This document shows, piece by piece, positions 27,801 to 32,000 of a stretch of 32,000 nt of DNA. Position 1 is the stretch's first letter. Each line of letters opens with the position of its first letter. Source of the DNA: Mycoplasmoides pneumoniae FH (GTDB lineage: Bacteria > Bacillota_I > Bacilli_A > Mycoplasmatales > Mycoplasmoidaceae); assembly GCF_001272835.1 (NCBI RefSeq), contig NZ_CP010546.1:782809-814808 (forward strand), given 5' to 3'. The position numbers and the translations under genes were made by a program. The notes below the pieces were generated by a model. That model had not been told where the DNA came from. It did not search any database and saw only the letters and a list, made by a program, of their open reading frames with translations.

Positions 27801-30544
27801 GCAGCAGGCACAGCAAACAAGACACTGCGGTATCCCTGCTCATTGAGAAAGATTAAGCCTTCATCCTGGGAGTTGGGCAGCGGTGAGTTTGTGGACAATA
27901 CCGGATAACCGGTTTCTACCGACTCCCCAACCCCTAGAATGGCAAAGGTTAACCCGTTAATTGAGAACTTGTATTTGTCCGGTAAGTCATTTAACCAGTT
28001 GGGTAAATTCTTCGGGTTTTCTAACGCTTCTTTTCAGGAGTATTCCCCTTCTAAAGGTAATACTTCCTTGTCGTGTTTAAATAACCATTGCTGGGATACC
28101 ACCGCACCGTGGGCTTCCGGGGTTTGGACTACCAAGGACTGTTGGTCGGTGGGTAGTGTTAACGGGTTAACCCCGTTTTTAAAGATAATCGGGATATCTA
28201 ACTTTTGGCGGTTAGTTACTACCAGTTCATTCGGATCTTGAAACTCCGGGGTAAAGTAACTCAATAAAGCAACATAGTTGTTAGCGGCTTTACTCTTACC
28301 TGTATCATCTAAAGCCTCAAAGCCTTTTTTATCTAATGTAGACCACTGCTTAATGGCATTGGTTAAGGTATCAGGAATACTGGAAGCCTCGGGGAGTTGG
28401 GCTTGGGCTAAGATGTTAGCTAGTTTGGGGTAGATTTGGAATTTGGTAGAAGTACTCTTAGTATCACCAGTTGAAGAGGAGCTGGAGGAAGAAGATGCAT
28501 CTGCTAACTGGGTTAAAGAGTCCGTTGTGCCTTGCGTAGTTTTGGCTGCTGCTTTTTTCTTTTCATCTGTTTGAGTAGGCTTAAACTCATACTCAACCTT
28601 TTCCAAGAAGCCTTCACTGTTACTCTTGCCCCCATATACCATGTCTAAAGGATTGCTTTTTTCCTTGGCAAGCCAAGACTTAAAGTCAATCCCTTCAATA
28701 ATAGAAAGGTCGTTGTACTTCTGGGAATCCTTATTGGAGACCAAGAAGGAAGCGGATTCTTCGGAGCTAACATTGGTAGCAATCGCTAAGTTTTGCCGGG
28801 AAAACTCCAATTCCTTTAAGGCTTTCGCCTTTAAGAAGGCATCGCGGTATTTTTCTAATAACGCGGTGACCTTCTTCACCAGGTCTTCCTGGAAGATGCT
28901 TTTTCATTGGTGTAAAAGGGCAGCATAAACGTTATTTAAATTCTTTTGCGGAGTGTGGTTTTCGGTGCCAATTTTGTCGAATTCAGTTTGGACATCACTA
29001 AAAGTTGGATCTTTTACACCGTCATCTGCACTACTTTCCTGCTTATCTTGTTGTTGCTGAGCCAACGCAACGTTCGTTTGTTGTAATTGCGGCTTGAAAG
29101 AAACAGAAGAGCGAAGTGCAATCAAGCTAGAGGGATTGCTCTGAGTGCCAGACTTAGCATCGCCTGATTGTGTACTAAAAATCGTATTCTTATCACTATT
29201 ACTAAACCCCGGTAAAGAATCTAAGATCGTTTCCTTTTCGGCTTTAACCTTATTTTTGAGCCAGTCCTTATTGATGTTAAGCTCAAACGATTTGAGGCTA
29301 TTAATCTTCTTCTTGAGGTTATAGTCACCAAAGGAAGAACCGCTAGAAATAGTTTCTGCTTGCTTTTCTAATCAGTCAAATTCTTCCTTATCTAAATGAG
29401 ATAACTTACTTGTATCTAAAGTAAAAGTTAAGGAGAAAGATTGTTTTTCTTTTTCCTCTTTTTCTTTTTGGAAGACCTCTATTATTTCTTTAAAGGGATT
29501 AGTCTCTAACCAAAACTGGGAACCCGGACTAATCGGGAGCACAATAGGTACATTAGCGTACAGATTGGGAAACCAGTTAGCAGCTTCTTGCCCTCCGGTA
29601 AATAGATAAGAGGTACTTAGTTTACTGGTTTCGCTTTCTCCACTGCTACTACCAGCTTGAGTTTCATCACTTTTAAACCAAACTTTGTCTTTATTATTGG
29701 TAGTGTATTGTTCTTCTACATTACTATCTTTTTTGGGCTCCTCGTTATTTGTGGTTTCTTTAGCATCAGTCATCTTGGCCTGAGCTGCTAACGGTTGTAA
29801 AACTGTTGTGGCACTACTCGCTTGCTTGATTTCTGATTCTTTTTTAGTAGTTTTCTTATCCTCACCCTTCCCTTTATCACCAGGAAAGCGAGCAATCCCA
29901 GCGCGCAGGGGAATCCCATCCAGAATTAAACCATCGACAAAGTAACCTAAAAGGTTACCTTCTTTGTCATAAATCAGGTTTTGGGGATCGGAAACCGTAT
30001 TTTGGTTTAAGTTATTACTTTCTTGATCGGTTCCAGTAAAAGAATAGGTATTTTGAAAGGAAACAGCTAAACCCTTATAGATCCGTTTTTCGGCAATGTT
30101 GGCTTCCCCGTAAGCTTTCAAAATGCCTCTTTTACGAGCTAAAAAGAGTTTGTCTTTATCGTTAACATCACCTTTTCGTGGGTTATTATCTGATGATTTG
30201 GTGGTTGAATCTTTCTTTTCAGAATCACTCCCAAAATCAGATTCTTGGTAGGGCCAGATAAAGTTAATCTTCTTTTCGGTTAACTTGATTTTGGAAAAAT
30301 GTCTTTTTTCTTCTTTAAGTTCCGTTTTATACACCGGACTACTTTCTTTAAAGATAGCCGGTGCTACTATGTCAGAAGAATTCGTTTTTTGAACAAGGGC
30401 AGTATAAGTATTAACAAGGTTATTACTTAACTGAAGAATCGACGTTTCCAGGAAGATAATGCTGAAAAGGACGAAAATAATCCCAAAAAGTAAAAAGAAG
30501 AACTTTTTGAGTGACTTAAAGATCTGTTTAAAAAACGAAAACAT
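24896..30544 (-). CDS. Giant ABC permease with two FtsX/MacB-type domains and two large extracytoplasmic regions (1882 aa)
   Basis: Six track ORFs (24935..25369, 25424..27169, 27248..27898, 28034..28879, 28904..29125, 29372..30544) share one frame. I translated every junction and each contains only TGA. The last TGA (24937..24935) reads through 12 codons to TAG 24898..24896. FtsX-like segments: '..KNQTEFSIIRAGGFSTAKFI..' and '..EEMKRIFISLKSIGYKDSQNL..'. Confidence 0.88.
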
Positions 30545-30549
30545 TTAGT

Positions 30550-31404
30550 TTAAACTCAGTTAATTTCGTTAATAGTCTTGGGTCTTTGGTTAAGATAATC
30601 AGCCACAATCTTGCCATCGTGGATCTTAATGACCCGTTTAGCTAGCTCCACAATCTTTTCATTGTGGGTAACTAATACTATAGTAGTGCCCTTATCGCGG
30701 TTATACTCCACAAAGAACTGGAGGATCTTTTTGGAAATATCCACGTTAACAGCACCAGTTGGCTCATCACCAAATAAAATACGCGGCTCTTTGATTAGTG
30801 CCCGCGCAATTGCTACCCGTTGTTGTTGTCCCCCAGAGAGCTTGGTAATCTTTTTATTACGGTGCTCTTTGAGCTCCAACCGCTCTAACAGCTCTTCCAA
30901 ATTGTTGTTATGGCGCTTTTTAAAGGGAACTGCCAGTTTAATGTTGTCATCAACGTTCAGATCCCTTAAAAGGCCATACTGTTGGAATATATAACCTACG
31001 TTTTTATTCCGTAGTGATGTTAATTGGGCATCATTACAACAAATAGTACTCCTACCACACACAAAACTCACCCCGCTAGTAGGTCGGTCTAGGGCGGAGA
31101 TTAAAGAGAGTAAACTAGTCTTACCAGAACCAGATTTACCCAAAATAACCACAAACTCCCCAGGGGCAATTTTGAGATCAATGTGATCACAGATTAACTG
31201 GTTTGTGATCCCATTGGTCACTGCCTTACAAACGCCCTTGAACAAAACATCGTAATGTTTAGCCTCAGGGTCTTTGTAGTGCCGTCTTTTAGGGTGCTTC
31301 TTATTTAACTTAACGATTAGCTTTGACGCTTTTTTACTTTGACAAAAATCGGGTCATTGCAAACAATAATCGAGGCTTCGTTTATTTTTAGCATTTAAAG
31401 ACAT
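30550..31404 (-). CDS. ABC transporter ATP-binding protein (LolD/MacB-type), 284 aa
   Basis: Track ORF 30556..31245 extends upstream through TGA 31356..31354 to ATG 31404..31402, the first ATG after in-frame TAA 31422..31420. It extends downstream through TGA 30558..30556 to TAA 30552..30550. 'GKSGSGKTS', '[14 protein letters not shown]', 'ILFGDEPT'. Confidence 0.88.
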
Positions 31405-31460
31405 TGAAACATGTCAGGTTTAACAACGGGACAGGCCAGTTTCAATTAAACACTTAAAGA

Positions 31461-31466
31461 ATTATA
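31461..31466 (-). promoter_or_regulatory. Candidate -10 box (perfect TATAAT) for the ABC gene cluster
   Basis: Reverse complement of 31461..31466 is TATAAT, in the 68-nt dnaA-ABC spacer, 56 nt upstream of ATG 31404. Confidence 0.35.
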
Positions 31467-31472
31467 AAAGGA

Positions 31473-32000
31473 CTAAATTACCAAGGAAGTGATAATGTCT
31501 TGGAGGGAGTCGTCCTTCTCAATCATTTTAGCAACCCTTTTAACTGCAGCCACCACTGTAGAGTGGTTCCTTTTAAAAATTTTGCCTATTTGTTGGAACT
31601 GCATCTTGTACTTTTCCCTTAAAAGATAGTTACAAACGTCACGAACACGAACTAACTCTGCTTTACGGTTCTCAGACAAAACACTGTCCACCGGTACATT
31701 AAAGCGGCGGCAAACGTTTTCTATTAATAAATAAGGATCAAAGCTCTTTTTGTGGAACTTCTCAAATTCCTCAAACAGGATTTCCTTTAGATTGTCGTTG
31801 TTAATCAGGTTTTGCTTAGTTGTTTTGACATAAAACAGCAACTTAGTCGCAATCCCGTTTAAAGAACGAACATCGTTACCAGATATTTGCGCTGCCTTTT
31901 CGCGTGCTTCATTGGTAATTTGGATGTTGGGATCCTTTTCTTTGAGCTTAACGGCCAAAATTTCACACAGGGAGCTCAAATTGTGTTTTTCAATCTTTAA
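31473..32000 (-). CDS. dnaA: Chromosomal replication initiator DnaA, C-terminal part (5' end beyond the window)
   Basis: The frame is open to base 32000. The domain IV DNA-binding signature '..LREKYKMQFQQIGKIFKRNHSTVVAAVKRV..' ends at TAG 31475..31473. Confidence 0.94.
   Translation of the reverse strand, partial: LKIEKHNLSSLCEILAVKLKEKDPNIQITNEAREKAAQISGNDVRSLNGIATKLLFYVKTTKQNLINNDNLKEILFEEFEKFHKKSFDPYLLIENVCRRFNVPVDSVLSENRKAELVRVRDVCNYLLREKYKMQFQQIGKIFKRNHSTVVAAVKRVAKMIEKDDSLQDIITSLVI

Noticed and set aside
31405-31472. oriC or DnaA boxes in the spacer just downstream of dnaA.
   Set aside because: Only weak partial matches to TTATCCACA were seen (e.g. ttaaacact, 6 of 9). There is no cluster and no AT-rich unwinding element. 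The origin is more likely on the other side of dnaA, outside the window.
1-32000. Window-wide look for rRNA and tRNA genes, CRISPR arrays, IS elements or transposases, integrases, and toxin-antitoxin or restriction-modification modules.
   Set aside because: I saw no cloverleaf-like or rRNA-like sequences and no regularly spaced direct repeats. I saw no inverted-repeat-bounded ORFs and no recognisable transposase, integrase or methylase motifs. Absence is judged by eye only.

Overview
This window reads as a core chromosomal segment of a Mollicute that decodes UGA as Trp (translation table 4). By gene content and order it is most likely Mycoplasmoides (Mycoplasma) pneumoniae, next to dnaA. That identification is from memory of the gene families; nothing was searched. 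The supplied standard-code ORF track breaks many conserved genes exactly at in-frame TGA codons. I rejoined fragments that share a frame and extended ORFs that 'ended' in TGA to the next TAA or TAG.

The result is about 32 protein genes, mostly on the minus strand and packed into chains with overlapping or abutting stop and start codons:
- YitT-like membrane protein, rplS, trmD, rpsP
- MATE-like membrane protein, msrB, a tRNA-binding-domain protein, DegV, tuf
- plus-strand membrane protein and galU; ohr/osmC; tyrS
- a membrane-anchored hypothetical, a 193-aa ORF, ftsH, hpt, an IspF-like protein; ldh
- HD-domain hydrolase, gltX, rsmA, yidC, rnpA, rpmH
- a MacB/FtsX-type ABC system: two ATPase genes flanking one 1882-aa permease
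- the 3' part of dnaA

I found no rRNA, tRNA, CRISPR array, IS element or prophage.

The only clearly accessory stretch is about 16.77-18.74 kb. It holds a tandem pair of DUF16/UPF0134-type coiled-coil genes (one broken by an in-frame TAG), several strong hairpins, and a roughly 97-bp tandem repeat.

Items most worth follow-up:
- an unlisted 57-codon single-pass membrane ORF overlapping the ftsH start
- a 193-aa ORF filling the gap downstream of ftsH
- an IspF-fold protein whose metal ligands appear to be substituted
- the asymmetric ABC system with a very large ectodomain
- a possible small RNA in the 97-bp repeat

All functional calls rest on motif recognition by eye. None was confirmed by a database search.
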